DNA of 64,000 bases. It comes from Stegostoma tigrinum (Eukaryota). Below the pieces are notes generated by a model, which worked only from the letters and a program-made list of their open reading frames with translations, was not told the origin of the DNA and did not search any database. Below, piece after piece: positions 1-12,023 of the stretch (position 1 is the first letter of the stretch; every line of letters begins with the position of its first letter). Location: positions 34,334,252 to 34,398,251 of the forward strand of contig NC_081378.1 in assembly GCF_030684315.1 (NCBI RefSeq). Direction: 5' to 3'. The position numbers were made by a program, and so were the translations under genes.

Positions 1-320
1 ATAATTGCCTGTATTCCAGTTGCTATCCCAATGATTTATACTGTGTGCAAAGTCACCTAGATATCTTTGCAATGCTGATCTCTACAATCTCTTTACATTC
101 TTCTTGCCGAAGTGGATAGCCTCACATTTTTCCACATGATACTCCATCTATTAAATTATTGCCCACTCCCTTCACCAATCTGTAACCCCTGCAGAGTTTC
201 TTTCTCATCTTTATATTATCTGCAGATTTAGCTTCAGTGCATTCAAGCCATTAATGTAACTAACAAATCACTGAGCCTCATTTTCATCCCATTACACGCT
301 ATTAGTTACAGCTTGCAGAA
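1..320 (-). mobile_element. Degraded CR1 LINE fragment
   Basis: Resembles the reverse complement of the CR1 RT region (QMEY...EKCEAIHFG-like) seen in other copies in the window. Confidence 0.5.
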
Positions 321-399
321 CGTTGCATTTTAAGAAATGCACCTCTACAAATACATGCAGTAAGAGTAAGTAAAGCGGTGGTAGTGAGGTAAGGCTTCC

Positions 400-2703
400 T
401 CTTCTTATATCTATCCCAATGTCTTTTTAATGTTGTAATTGTATCAGTCTCCATCACTTCCTGTGGCAAGCATTTACCACCCTCAATGTGAAAAGGCTGC
501 CACTCAAGTCCCTTTTATTCTTTCCCGTCTTATCTTAAATCTACACCTTCCAGTTTTGGACTCCCCTATCTCGGGAAAAGGCCTTGGCTATTCACCCTCT
601 CCATGCCCCTCATTACTTTATAAACTTCTGTAAGGTCACCCCTCAGCCTCCAATGCTCCAGGAAAAATAACCTCAGGCTATTCAGCTTCTCCATATAGTT
701 CAAACCCTCCAACCTTGGAAACATCTTGTACTTCTTTACTGAACCCTTTCAAGTTTCACAGCATCCTTTCTATAGCAGGGAGACCAGAACTGAATGCAGT
801 ATTCCAATAGTGGCCTTCCCAATGTCCTGTACAGCTGCAACATGACCTCCCAGCTCCTATACTGACCAATAAAGGCGAGCATACCAAATGCCTTCTTCAA
901 TATCCTATCTACCTGCGACGCCACTTTCAAGGAACTATGAACCTGCACTCGAATGTCTGTTTGTTCAGTGACATTCCCCAGGACTTTACCATTAAGTGTA
1001 AAAGTCCTGCCCTAATTTGGATTTCCAAAATGCAACACCTCACATTTATCTAAATTAAACTTCATCTGCCACTCCTTCGCCCATTGGCCCCTTGATCAAG
1101 ATCCCCTTGTAGTTTGACGTAACTTTCTTCACTGTCCACTACACCACCAATTTTGTTGTCATCTGCAAACTTACTAACTATACCCCTTATACACACATCC
1201 AAATCATTTATATAAATGACAAGTAGCAGTGGACCCAGCACCAAATTTTGTGGCACACCTCTGGTCACAGGCCTTCAGTCTGCAAAGCAAGCTTCCACTA
1301 CCGCTTTCTGTCTCCTACCTTCGAGCGACTTATGTATCCAAATGGCTAGTTCTCCCTGTATTCCATGTGATCTAACCTTGCTAACTAGTCTACCTTGTGG
1401 AACCTTGTCGAGCACCTTACTGAAGTCCATAAATATGGCATCCACCATTCTTCATTCTTCAGCCCTCTTCATTACTTCTTCAAAAAACTCAATCAAGTTA
1501 GTGAGGCACTATTTTCCACGCACAAAACCATGTTGACTATCCCTAATCAGTCCTTGCCTTTCCAAATACATGTAAATCCTGCACCTCAGGAGCCCCTCCA
1601 ACAATATGCCCATCACTGATGTCAGGCTGACCCGTCTATAGTTCCCTTTCTCAAATGGTGGCACCACGTTCGACAGACTCCAGACTTGGCACTTCTCCTA
1701 CGGCTATCGATGTTACAAATATCTCAGCAAGGGGATCAGCTATCACTTTGCTAGCTTCCTGGGGATCAGCTCCTGGGGATTTATACACCTTCATGTGTTT
1801 ACAGGCATTAGCACCTCCTCCTCTGTAATATGGACATTTTTCAAGATGGCGATATCATTTCCCTACGTTCTCTAACTTCCATATCCTCCTCCACAGTAAC
1901 ACTGATACAAAATATTTACTTACTATCTCCTCTATCTCCTGTGGTTCCACACATAGCTGACCTTGTTGACCTTTAAGGGGCCCTATTCTCTCCCTGGTTA
2001 CTCTTTTTTGTACTTAATATATTTGTAGAATCCCTTTGAATTCTCCTTAACCCTTTTTGCCAAAGCTACCTCATGTCCTTTTTTTCTTACATCCTGATTT
2101 CCCTGTTAAGTATACGCCTACCGCTTTTATGCTCTTCCAGGGATTCACTTGATCCCTGCTGCATGTACCTGATATATGCTTCCTTCTTTTTCTTGACAAA
2201 AACCTCTTTCTCTAGTCATCCAGCACTCCCTATACCTGCCAGCCTTGCCCTTCGCCCTAACAGGAACATTCTGTCTCCGCACTCTCGACATCTCATTTTG
2301 TGGAGGCTTCCCATTTTCCAGCTGTCCCTTTACCTGCAAACATTTGCCCTCCCCAAACAACTTTTGAAAATTCTTGCCCAACACTGTTAAAATTAGCCTT
2401 CCTCCAGCTTAGAACGTTTAAATCAGGTCGATCCTTTTCCAACACTTTTGAAATAAATAGCATTTTGATCACTGGCCCCAGTTTGCTTCCCTGCTGATCC
2501 CTGAGTCACCTGCCCTGCCTTATTTACTAAGGGAAGGTCAAGTTTTGCTCCTTCTCTAGTAGGTACGTCCACATAATGAATCAGGAAATTTTTTTGTACA
2601 AACTTAACAAATTCCTCTCCATCCAGGCCCTTAACACTATCGCAGTTCCAGTCCAAGTTTGAAAAGTTAAAATCCCCGACCATAATTACGCTATTATTAC
2701 AGA
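400..2703 (-). mobile_element. Degraded CR1 LINE ORF2 (endonuclease end, RT, 3' region)
   Basis: Minus-strand ORF fragments GDFNF..LDW, GVPQ..LGPLL..IYINDLD..SKFADD and RPLLEYCIQFWSP are collinear with the CR1 at 51-55 kb; many stops and frameshifts. Confidence 0.9.
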
Positions 2704-3130
2704 TTTGGGATCAAACCGTGATCTTGACACTCAGTTGTTTTGTCAAAGTAAAATTAACTTGTATCTTTATTTTGTCATCCAGTGTCTATATCCAGGTTTT
2801 GTGTATCCAACCCATTATTTTAACGGAACTTAGTTGGGACAGATTAAATAATTAAGAGAAGAAACTTCCAGGATTAATTTTTAAAAGAACAATATACATA
2901 CTCGTGAGCAGTTACCACTACAGATAGCATAGCTATCAAAGGGAATTGTATAATGCAAGATTGTGGTTGTTAAGAATAATTCCGCAATGAGAGAGATTAT
3001 TTAAATCTTTAGTTTACAGTGCTTAAGGAGTAGAAGTTACAGAAAAATCAATAGCGAAAGTAAGATAGTCTGATGCAAACCTTATTCTGTATCTTTGAAC
3101 ACAGAATGTGATACATTTGTTTTGTTTTAG

Positions 3131-3257
3131 ATCTGGCCTGAGGACAGCTTTCCTTATGCTGCTTCTCATCAGCGCAACTTGGTTGCTGGGTTTGATGGCA
3201 GTGAATAATGATACTATGACCTTCCATTATCTATTTGCCATTTTCAGTTGCTTCCAG
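3131..3257 (+). CDS. CELSR1: CELSR1 coding exon (TM6 to TM7 of the 7TM domain)
   Basis: ttttag|...TTCCAG|gtaaga. Translates SGLRTAFLMLLLISATWLLGLMAVNNDTMTFHYLFAIFSCFQ, matching vertebrate CELSR1 RTAFLLLLLISATWLLGLLAVN...FHYLFAIFS. Confidence 0.93.
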
Positions 3258-4267
3258 GTAAGATTAAAGCTACCAATGTACCAGGATGTTACAGCATAAC
3301 TTTGTCAGAGAATAGACCCCACATATGAGCTTCTTTCATGTAACTCAATTCATTGCAGATTATTTGAAAAGCAAACTTGGTGTTCTATCAGAATATCCAT
3401 GGCTTGAATCATGTGCTTGTCTGCTAAATGAATGTCATTCTCCCGTTTCCATGCTACTATAGTCAGTAATTATCCTTTTTTTGCCTGAAGTATTGTCAGC
3501 ACTTGAAGGCTGCAGATTTATACAAGCATTTGCTGTTAAAGTGAGGAACTCTCTGTAGTCGAAATGAATAGCTTACCACACCTCTCTTCTTAGAAATACA
3601 AGAATCTGGCTGGTTGTGCTCACCCGAAGCAACCTCTTGACTGGTATTACAATATCCTGGAGCTCCTGGGTTGATGTGAATTTAAACATCCATAATACTC
3701 CTTTTTATTCATCTCTTTCTGGCACATTATTAGTCATCACACAAAAGACCATTTACACTGGAATGCATTGTTCAACGAGAAGCATTTTAAGAAATATTTC
3801 ACTAAAAATCGAACTTGATATAGTGTTTCAGCAAGACATTGGAAGTAAAAATGGCATGAAAGTGATTACTGGACAAACTGATGTTTATGAATGGAGTCTG
3901 GTTTACAAACATTACTTTAATCTACGTTTAAATTTGAGAAATGATAAAGAACAAGGTAGAATTATCAATTTTCGTCAGGAGTACAGTGGCTTGTACTGAT
4001 TACTAGGGCAGTTTAATATGTATTTGATATCAGATTAACTTCAGTGTGCTGAGATAATTTAAACAATGCATGTGCCCAGGAACAATAGGCGACTTGTTTA
4101 AATGTAATTTTGCAAGTGCTTTTTTTTAAATTCATACAAAGTCAAACTTTTGACTTTCTGAAGTTTAATTTTGAATAAAGTATTGATTTTTCAACTGTTT
4201 AATTTCTAATGAGCCATTAGAACACTTTTGGGAAAATGCATTGATTCTTGGGCTTCACTGTTCGTAG

Positions 4268-5198
4268 TGTTATCACAAAAGTTAAAGCTTCAATGAAGTT
4301 GTTCGAAGTCCCCCAACTTAGCTGTCTGATGGACTCGGGCTAACAGGAAACACTGACCAGGTGTCCATAGTTGACAAAAAGCTGCTATTATTGCAAATAA
4401 AACCATTCAAACCACAGGAAAACAAAGTTGGAATTATCAGTTTGTACCTCTTCTATCTTAAGCCCTATCTCCTTCCTCTACACGTATGCACACCTGCAGA
4501 CAGACAGACAAACAAATATGGACAGTATGGGCAGAGGAAGGTGTTGACTAAACTCCCTTCAGTCGCACCTGTCGACAGGTTTTAATGAGGTATCCCTCTT
4601 CCTCCTCCCAAGTCTTTTGAATTATTTGCAGAAGATTCTGGGTGGTTGACGTAATCATTGTTCAAATTCTCAGGCACTGATTAGAGGTAAAAGCTGATAG
4701 CTAATCTCTTCCAGCATTTGCTATCTTTCAGTTCTTGGTTGCTTCACCTCAGAAAACTATAAAGAGAGATGCTGTCTCCTGTAGACAGGAGACCTTCTGC
4801 CTCTTGATTGTTCATGCACAGGCTGTCCGCCTGCTCAGACAGGAGTTGTCATGCTAATGACTCCTGGCCTTCACAACTGATTGAAAAACCAAACAACAGT
4901 CTGTCTTTGGGCATTGTATGCTGTGAACACACATCCACGGTGCTATTGGATCTCAAACATTAACTCTGCTGCTTGAGCAAAGCAACAGTGTAAACACAAC
5001 TCACAATGAGTTCCAGAAACTTGTTTTTAAAAATGAAGCACCATTTTCCACCATCCTTGGCATAACGCAATTTTTGTTTTCCCCTTCTAGTCCACAATCC
5101 AAATGAAAGAAGAAAAATGTGGTCTTTGCAAATTGGTTCCATAGTTTAATATTTTATACACTTGTTAAAACTATAAATCTCCACCATGTAATTTAACA
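4268..5198. mobile_element. Possible solo-LTR-like insertion
   Basis: TGTTA...TAACA termini with LTR-like internal composition, but the flanks (gtag vs acag) do not form a clean TSD. Confidence 0.25.
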
Positions 5199-5383
5199 AC
5201 AGATGAAAATAATATCAATTTCACTTGTAATTACAAGGTATCAATGTGATAGCATCAAGACTGAGGAGGAATTTTTTTTAATCCATGGATAAGAGCTATA
5301 TCACAATATGAACAAGTGACCAGATCTACTTGTGAGAAATCTTTGAGATAACTTATTGTAAGTTATCAGCTTTGTGATTTCAG

Positions 5384-5509
5384 GGTCTCTTCATTTTCTT
5401 CTGCCACTGTATTTTCAACGAAGAAGTTCGGAAAGGTCTGAAGAATATATTCACTGGAAAGAAGCAACATGCAGATGACACAGTACTAACCAGAACCACA
5501 GTTTTATCA
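5384..5509 (+). CDS. CELSR1: CELSR1 coding exon (end of TM7, start of cytoplasmic tail)
   Basis: tttcag|GGT...TTATCA|gtaagt, 126 nt, phase 0/0. Translates GLFIFFCHCIFNEEVRKGLKNIFTGKKQHADDTVLTRTTVLS. Confidence 0.92.
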
Positions 5510-7369
5510 GTAAGTTGCTGAAATATTGTTTGGCACTCACCTCATCTGAAGAACTGAAGCTGTATAATCCACGAACAAGTAAATTTTTCTCAACATAGAT
5601 AGTAATAGGGAGGTAATAGGGAGTTCATTTGAATGCTCCTGAAGATGTATCTTGGTGATAGTAATATGCTGTGAACTGCTCATTGGCAGCACACACAAGA
5701 TGAGAGAGAGAAAGCGTTCTAAGGTTTCCAGACATGGCAACCGAGGAATTGGTGTGGAAGCAGAAAGGAAGAGAGATGTTCCATATCCACAGGATTCGGA
5801 TATGTTATATCCTCTTGGAAAATTCTAGTCTCTTGTAGCTTTTATTAATTTCCTTCCATTAGGGTCAGCCAAGTTTGTTATTCCTATTATTCTTTTGTTC
5901 AGGCATTTTGCATCATTGTATCTGAATGAAATTTTGACAGACGATTTTTGGCTGAATGTTTGATCCAGTATTTCTCCCTTGGTAATTACAACTCAGCTGG
6001 ATGTCATTTGAATTTTAAGAACATGAGAAGCCACATTTAAACATTCCCTATTGGAGAAGACTTAAGTCAATGGCCGTTGACTCCATGAGGTTCAATCTTT
6101 TGGTTGATCATGCACACGTTGGCCCATTGTTACGTCAACCGCTCTTATTTAATGTCCTAAGGGAGGTGAATACCAACAGATGAAAGTTTTAACAACACTA
6201 GGTTCTGTGAAATTTCTCCTGAGGCCTTTGCCCAACCCAACGAATCGCCCAAATATCATTCAGTAATTACAACTCACATTATTGAATCCTAACCAACTGC
6301 ATTCCACAGATGGCATTTCCATTAGCCAAGCAACACAGGCACTACTGTGCTCCATAGAATACTCAATGGTTTATGTATATGGTAGTCCTTGCGAGTTTCA
6401 GTCTAATTCTCAAATAGATATTCATCAGGCTGTTTTTGGTGCAGTTAATTACCATAGTGTTAACTGATCTTGTTTCAAATAGTCACTTCCCTGGAAGATG
6501 TAGTTTTCTGCTAATCTGTGACCCCTTTCTTCAGGTTTACTGATTTTATACTGGTGTCCTTTAGTTCAGTGCTCACCATTCAGAACTAAAGAAAAAAAGA
6601 ATCGACTTGTATCCAACCTAGTCTTTTTCTGCATAAAATCAGTTTTAATTCCATAGTGTAAAGTACACGAGCTAAAGGAATGCTCCTTTTGGAATACATT
6701 TCAAAAGCACAGTACATCCCATTAACAGTAATATGCCCAAATGTGCACCACAATGTTCGAAAAGAAATCTTTCTGGTGAGTTTTGCAATAAGTTGAACTG
6801 AGCCGAGTATTGTAACTACTCAGTTAATTTTATAAGCGCTGCATTTATGCAGGAACTGCCAACCAACTTTTTTTTTGTCTAGAGGGAAATTTTATTTTTG
6901 TTCTCATGCTGGCTTGCTGAAGTATTGCAAAGTGAGTTAATCACTTCTTCAAAACCTTTTCCAATGAGTTGGCAAGCATCAGAACAGTATGTGTTGTCAA
7001 TAAAAATTATGATCAATTCTCTCTTGATGCCAACTAAAATGATAGAACAGAATTACATCTTCTTTTGATCAAATTCAATTTTCAGTCACACCTCTAATAT
7101 TGAGAAACTTTACAGCTGTAAAGTTAGGCAATTGTGGAAACAATCCATTGTTTATAAAACCTGACTTGTCAAAAGAAAAGCATGTGGGGAGTGCTCATTA
7201 GTAGAGAGGTTACTAAACTTCTGAAAGCAGGTAGAAGGAAGAATTCTAAAATCTGGTACTGTTGTAAACTGATAGGGCAGGACATCCCCATGGGTGGTGG
7301 TGGTGTTGCCAGGGGTATTGTGTATAAGGTGTGATTCTATAATTATGACTCAGTCAGGCTGCTGTTTCA

Positions 7370-7720
7370 CTAGGCTAAGAGTCTTGGCATTAACTCCTAG
7401 ATGTTAGTAACGAGAACTTTGCACAGTTGAGAGGGTTGGGTTTGCCATTATTGTTTCTGCAGCCTGAGTCAAAGCCAGGTTTTATTCCTTTATTGAGAAT
7501 TTTTAGCAATTGATACCAAGTGTCTTCCTTGGCTATTTCAAAGAGCAGTTCGGAGTCAGCCATATTGCTTTGGGCCTGGAGCCAGAAGAGGTAAAGATGG
7601 CAGACATTACTGAACCGGATGGGTTTTTTACAATTGACAATGTTATGCATGCTTTGTTTAACATTTAATTTGAATTAATTTTAATTCTGCTATCAGCCAT
7701 GGAATTTGAATGGCTGGAAC
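7370..7720 (-). mobile_element. Degraded Deu-domain (SacSINE-like) SINE
   Basis: Shares gggcctggag...ggtaa.gat.gcaga...tgaa.c...gtttttt.caa blocks with 44155-44590. Confidence 0.5.
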
Positions 7721-8330
7721 AAAGTAATGTACATTTCACTGCTTGAAAGGTGCCAAAAAATCATGTTTTATTGTCCTGGTGCTACTCTCAGTGATCACTT
7801 TAAGTCATGTTGGCTTTGCCTTTTCTATGCTTGTTGGTCAGGATTTGTGGGTTAGCTCAGCACTGGCACACATAATTGCACCAGAGCAGCATCAGGGCCC
7901 TAAACCTCCACTTATTTTCAATAATGCAGCTCCTACCCGTTTCTAACACAGAGCACTTAAAACAGGGCCTGCTTGAAAATGCCAACAGACTGGCATCACT
8001 GGCAGGCACTCAATGCTACTTTTAATTTTGTCTTTTGGTCTTGCAGCGTGCCAAACCTGCTGTCAAAAATATGACATGCTTAAGGCACCAAAATCAGGGC
8101 CTGTGAATGACTTTCTGAATATAATGAATAGGATAGAACTAATGGTTCATTACGACAAATGGTGATATGCAATTGAAGAGAACATCTATTAGTTCAGCAA
8201 CACCTCAGTTCATCACAGGAAGTATCAAGTGTCAGTGAGGTAATTAGATCATCCTGTTTTCAATAATATGCTTGGTGACTAAAAGGTGCTGGCTGGTTTA
8301 ACATATCACATTGTCTGCACTCTCTTCCAG

Positions 8331-8467
8331 CGATCTCTCAACTGTAATAATACATATGTGGATGAAGGGCGAATGTATCGCACTGCTATTGGAGAATCCA
8401 CTGCCTCCATGGACAGCACTGTCAGGTCAGCCAAGAGCCACAATAGCTGCATTGCTTCTAAACGCAG
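8331..8467 (+). CDS. CELSR1: CELSR1 coding exon (cytoplasmic tail); alternative in-frame donor after 8425
   Basis: ttccag|CGA...CGCAG|gtaatc. Translates RSLNCNNTYVDEGRMYRTAIGESTASMDSTVR(SAKSHNSCIASKR), with CELSR1 RSLNCN...GESTASLDS motifs. Confidence 0.9.
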
Positions 8468-8964
8468 GTAATCGGGTGGCAGGTGCATGATTCTGCTCTA
8501 TCCAGGCATATTTGTAATATGACCAATTGCATAGAATATTGCTATTGTACTTTTAATTTGCTTAACTTATGCTGCTTGCTGTCAATTAATGTTTCTTTAA
8601 CATGCTTCCATTTTTGTCACCTAATTCCACAACTAATTATTGAATAACAGCATTGTGAGCACAAGAGAGGCTGCTGAAAAATTTGCATGACTCCACACGA
8701 GACTCCTATGTATGATGAAACCATCCAGTAAAAAAGCTGGAAAGGGTTGCATAATTAACCGACAGAAGACAATGCTTGTCGCCTTTATTTCTGAAGCATG
8801 GAATATCCAATCAGCCACTGGGAGAAGATGAAGAACTCCTGCAGCTAATTGATTGAAAACTACACTGTTCATGTCGATTTAGTGATTGCAATTCTTTTCC
8901 ATTTCACATTTTGTGCCATCACTGTCCCCAGTCATTAGATTTACATCATTTTTCTCTTGTACAA

Positions 8965-9640
8965 TGTATTCTTTGTTCACATTGATTTTATTGTCACATG
9001 TCCTGAGATACAGTGAAAAGTGTTTTTTTGCAAGCTGTACGGGCAGATTGTTCCATACAAAGTGGATCAGGGTAGCAGAACAGAGTGCAGAATACAGTGT
9101 TACAGCCACAGAGAGGGTGCGGAGAAAAGAGATCAGAATTAACATTTGAGAGGTCCATTCAAAAGTCTGATCACAGCGGGGAAGAAGCTGTTCTTGAATC
9201 TATTTGTACGTGTATTCAAACTTTTATATCTTCTGCCCAACAAAAGCAGGTGGAAGAGTGTATAATCGGCATGGGGTGGAGGTCTTTGATTATGTTAGTT
9301 GCTTTTCCAAATCAGTGTAAAGTACAGATGGAATCAATGGATAACAGGTTGGTTTGTTTGATGGAGTTAGCTGTGTTCACAACTCTCTGTATTTTGTAGT
9401 TTAGGGAAGAGCAGTTGCCATATCATGCTATGATGCATCCAGATAGCATGCTTCCTATGGTATATCTATGAAAATTGCTAAGAGTCCTTGTGGACCTGAC
9501 AAATTTCCTTAGTTTCCTGAGGAAGTGGAGATGTTGTGGTGCTTTCTCGACTATCACAACTTGTTCCCAGTTATTATAATTGTCCCAAGAAATAGTGGAT
9601 AGCTTTTCATTATCATGTGAGTGGCCCATTTATCTCCAGC
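8965..9640 (-). mobile_element. Rex1/Babar LINE 3' fragment
   Basis: Minus ORF KAPQHLHFLRKLRKF...TLSNFHRYTIGSMLSGCIIA resembles the Rex1/Babar C-terminal KAQQRLYFLRxLRKF...FYRCTIESILTGCI; tail tgtgacaataaa. Confidence 0.75.
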
Positions 9641-9977
9641 TGAATGAATACTGGATTTATATTCGTTTCCTATCTGGATAGCCATCAATCCCTCTTTAGG
9701 CAATGGAATAGAGTCCTCTTGTTGGTTTATGAAGATCAAGGTTAATGATTCTGGATCCTCTACCCTCTGATCCTTGTGTTTATTGATCTAAAACTGCTTT
9801 TTGAGAATGAAAATACCCCTTTGTACTCCAGTAGTGACCCTTCTCTCTGACATAATTTCCCTGCAAAGGGAAAATGTTTTCTTATTACTTAGGGAGGTGT
9901 TTGGCCTGTGAGCTACTGGTTTTGCGAATTTTGGCCAAGTTGTATTAATACTGAAGGCGTTCTTCTTCATTTCTCAG

Positions 9978-10078
9978 GGAAGAAGCTCAGAGAGTGAGTT
10001 TACTGTCAAGTCAAGCTGAAGGTGGCCAAACAGAACCAGATTCTTCAATATTCCACAAAAAAATAAAGAAACCTGATG
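9978..10078 (+). CDS. CELSR1: CELSR1 coding exon (cytoplasmic tail)
   Basis: ttctcag|G...GATG|gtaagg, 101 nt, phase 2/1 fits both neighbours. Translates EEAQRVSLLSSQAEGGQTEPDSSIFHKKIKKPD. Confidence 0.85.
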
Positions 10079-10590
10079 GTAAGGCTTTTCAGATTAATCA
10101 GTCTGTATGGGTTGTTTATACATACATTTTTATTTTTATTTACAGGCTTCAACATTGATTAGTCATACTCTGAACCTAATCTTACTAATTTAGAATAAAT
10201 ACAAACAATTTGAAGTACATCAGTAAATACTCCTTTTGCTGTCTCATGATATCTGTGGCGATTTGTTTAAAAGTTGTAATCATTCTACAGGTTGGTCATC
10301 AGAACTTCATCTCAAAGTATCAGCCTATATGTTTTGGGACCATTGCGTGTCCTTATTTATACAATTGTATTATAATTTCTAATGGTATTAGAGTTCATGC
10401 TATGACCTTCTGGAGGGTGATTAATAATGGACTGTTTAATGGTTGAAGATTTTCAGTTAGCTAAATAAAAATCGAAAGCGCTGTGGATGCTGTAAATCAG
10501 GAACGTCAGGAATTAAAAGTTAGTTGTTGGGATATGGGTTTCCTTTGATTTAAATAAAGAATTTTTTTTCCACTTACTTGTAATTCCCAG

Positions 10591-10761
10591 AGCCAGATTC
10601 TGACTCAGATAGCGAGCTGTCGCTGGAAGACGATCACAGTAGCTCCTATGCTTCTAGCCATTCATCGGACAGTGAAGAAGAGGAGTTTCAAAGGGACGCC
10701 AAATGGAAACAAGGAGCACCTAAAAATAATGAAAACAATCCTATACACAGCACACCAAAGG
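10591..10761 (+). CDS. CELSR1: CELSR1 coding exon (Ser/Asp/Glu-rich motif)
   Basis: tcccag|AG...AAGG|gtaagc. Translates PDSDSDSELSLEDDHSSSYASSHSSDSEEE...HSTPK, the hallmark CELSR DSDSDSELSL...SYASSHSSDSE motif. Confidence 0.94.
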
Positions 10762-11045
10762 GTAAGCTAAAATACAGGTAACAGTAAGAAAGATGTCGTA
10801 CCTATTTTTATCATATGTGTGGTTCCGCTGACTGAGCGGTCTGCTTTTCAACGCAGGTAGGCATAAAAGTTTCTCAGTCTGGCATTTTCTTTATTTATGC
10901 ACAACTGAGTCAATCTAACCGTTCTCCGATGGATTGAATTGGATGCAGCGTTGCGAGCAGAAATCTAACATTGCTCTCCTGTTAACCAATCACAAAAAAT
11001 TGATAATCTTTGAAACTGCATGGTCCAGAGGAATCCTGTTCTAAT

Positions 11046-11390
11046 CATAGAATCCCTACAGTGTAGAAACAGGCCATTTGGCCCAACACATCCATACGAA
11101 CCCTCTGGACAGTATCTCAGCTAGCCCATCCCCTGACCGTTCCGTGTAAACCCACATTTCCCATGGCTAATGCATCTAGCCTAAGCATCCCTGAGCATTA
11201 TGGGTAATTTAGCATGGCCAATCTACCTAACTTGCACACCATTAGACCATAGGAGGAGACTGGAGCACCCAGCAGAAACCCACGCAGACATGGAGAGAAT
11301 GTGCAAACTGCACACACACCGCTACCTGAGGGTAGAATTGAACCCGAGCACCAGGTGCTATGAGGCAGCAGTGCTAACCACTGTGCCACC
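11046..11390 (-). mobile_element. tRNA-derived SINE (HE1-like, shark type)
   Basis: Minus strand starts ggtggcacagtggttagcactgctgcctca...gggttcaattc (Pol III A and B boxes) and ends in a ...ctgtagggattctatg tail; paralogous to 34648-34945. Confidence 0.85.
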
Positions 11391-11783
11391 ATACAAGCAT
11401 TCGAATTGAAGAGTAATTCCGGTTCTAGGCTTGCACTTTTGACAAAATTAATCTCTGATACAATAAGTATTTGTAAGGAACACTTAACACCCAAACATGC
11501 CCATGGTACTTCATAGATGCACGGCCAGATAAAGATGGAGGCTGAAAGGCTGCGTGATAAAAAGCAGATGTTATGTTGGTAGCATTTGGTTCCCTTGATA
11601 TATAATGCTTCATTCTCTGGAGACCGGACAGAGTTCTGTGTAACAGACAGTTTTGTGGAAGTCCTCAGCCTTCATTTTGCTTGCCTGTTAAGCATGGGCT
11701 GGACATCCCTGATATTTTTGGGATTTTGCTTATTTCTAATTAAGCTTCAACATCCATTCCTCCCACCCAAATCCCACAAATAG

Positions 11784-12023
11784 GTGAGGCCATGCCCAAT
11801 CACGTCAAGCGTTACTGGCCTGCAGAGTGTACAACAGCCAGTGACAGTGAGGACCATGGAACATTGGAGAAACTGAAGGTGGAAACAAAAGTAAACGTTG
11901 AGCTTCACGGAGAAAATAAATCAAATCACTGCAGTGACATTCCGAGAGGAGGTGAAGATGAGGAGAAGGAAAGCATGTCTATACCCCACCCAAGTTCAAA
12001 TCCACAGCCAGAGCAAAGAAAAG
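11784..12023 (+). CDS. CELSR1: CELSR1 coding exon, ending at a GC donor
   Basis: aaatag|GT...AAAG|gcaagt, 240 nt, phase 1/1. Translates EAMPNHVKRYWP...LKVETKVNVELH...PEQRK. Confidence 0.9.

Noticed and set aside
3616-3999. 127-aa ORF in a CELSR1 intron
   Set aside because: No recognisable domain or splice support, and the flanking CELSR1 exons already join in phase.
11330-11390. tRNA-like A/B boxes here and at about 14340, 34890, 35635, 40180 and 61560
   Set aside because: These are SINE heads; none forms a complete cloverleaf.
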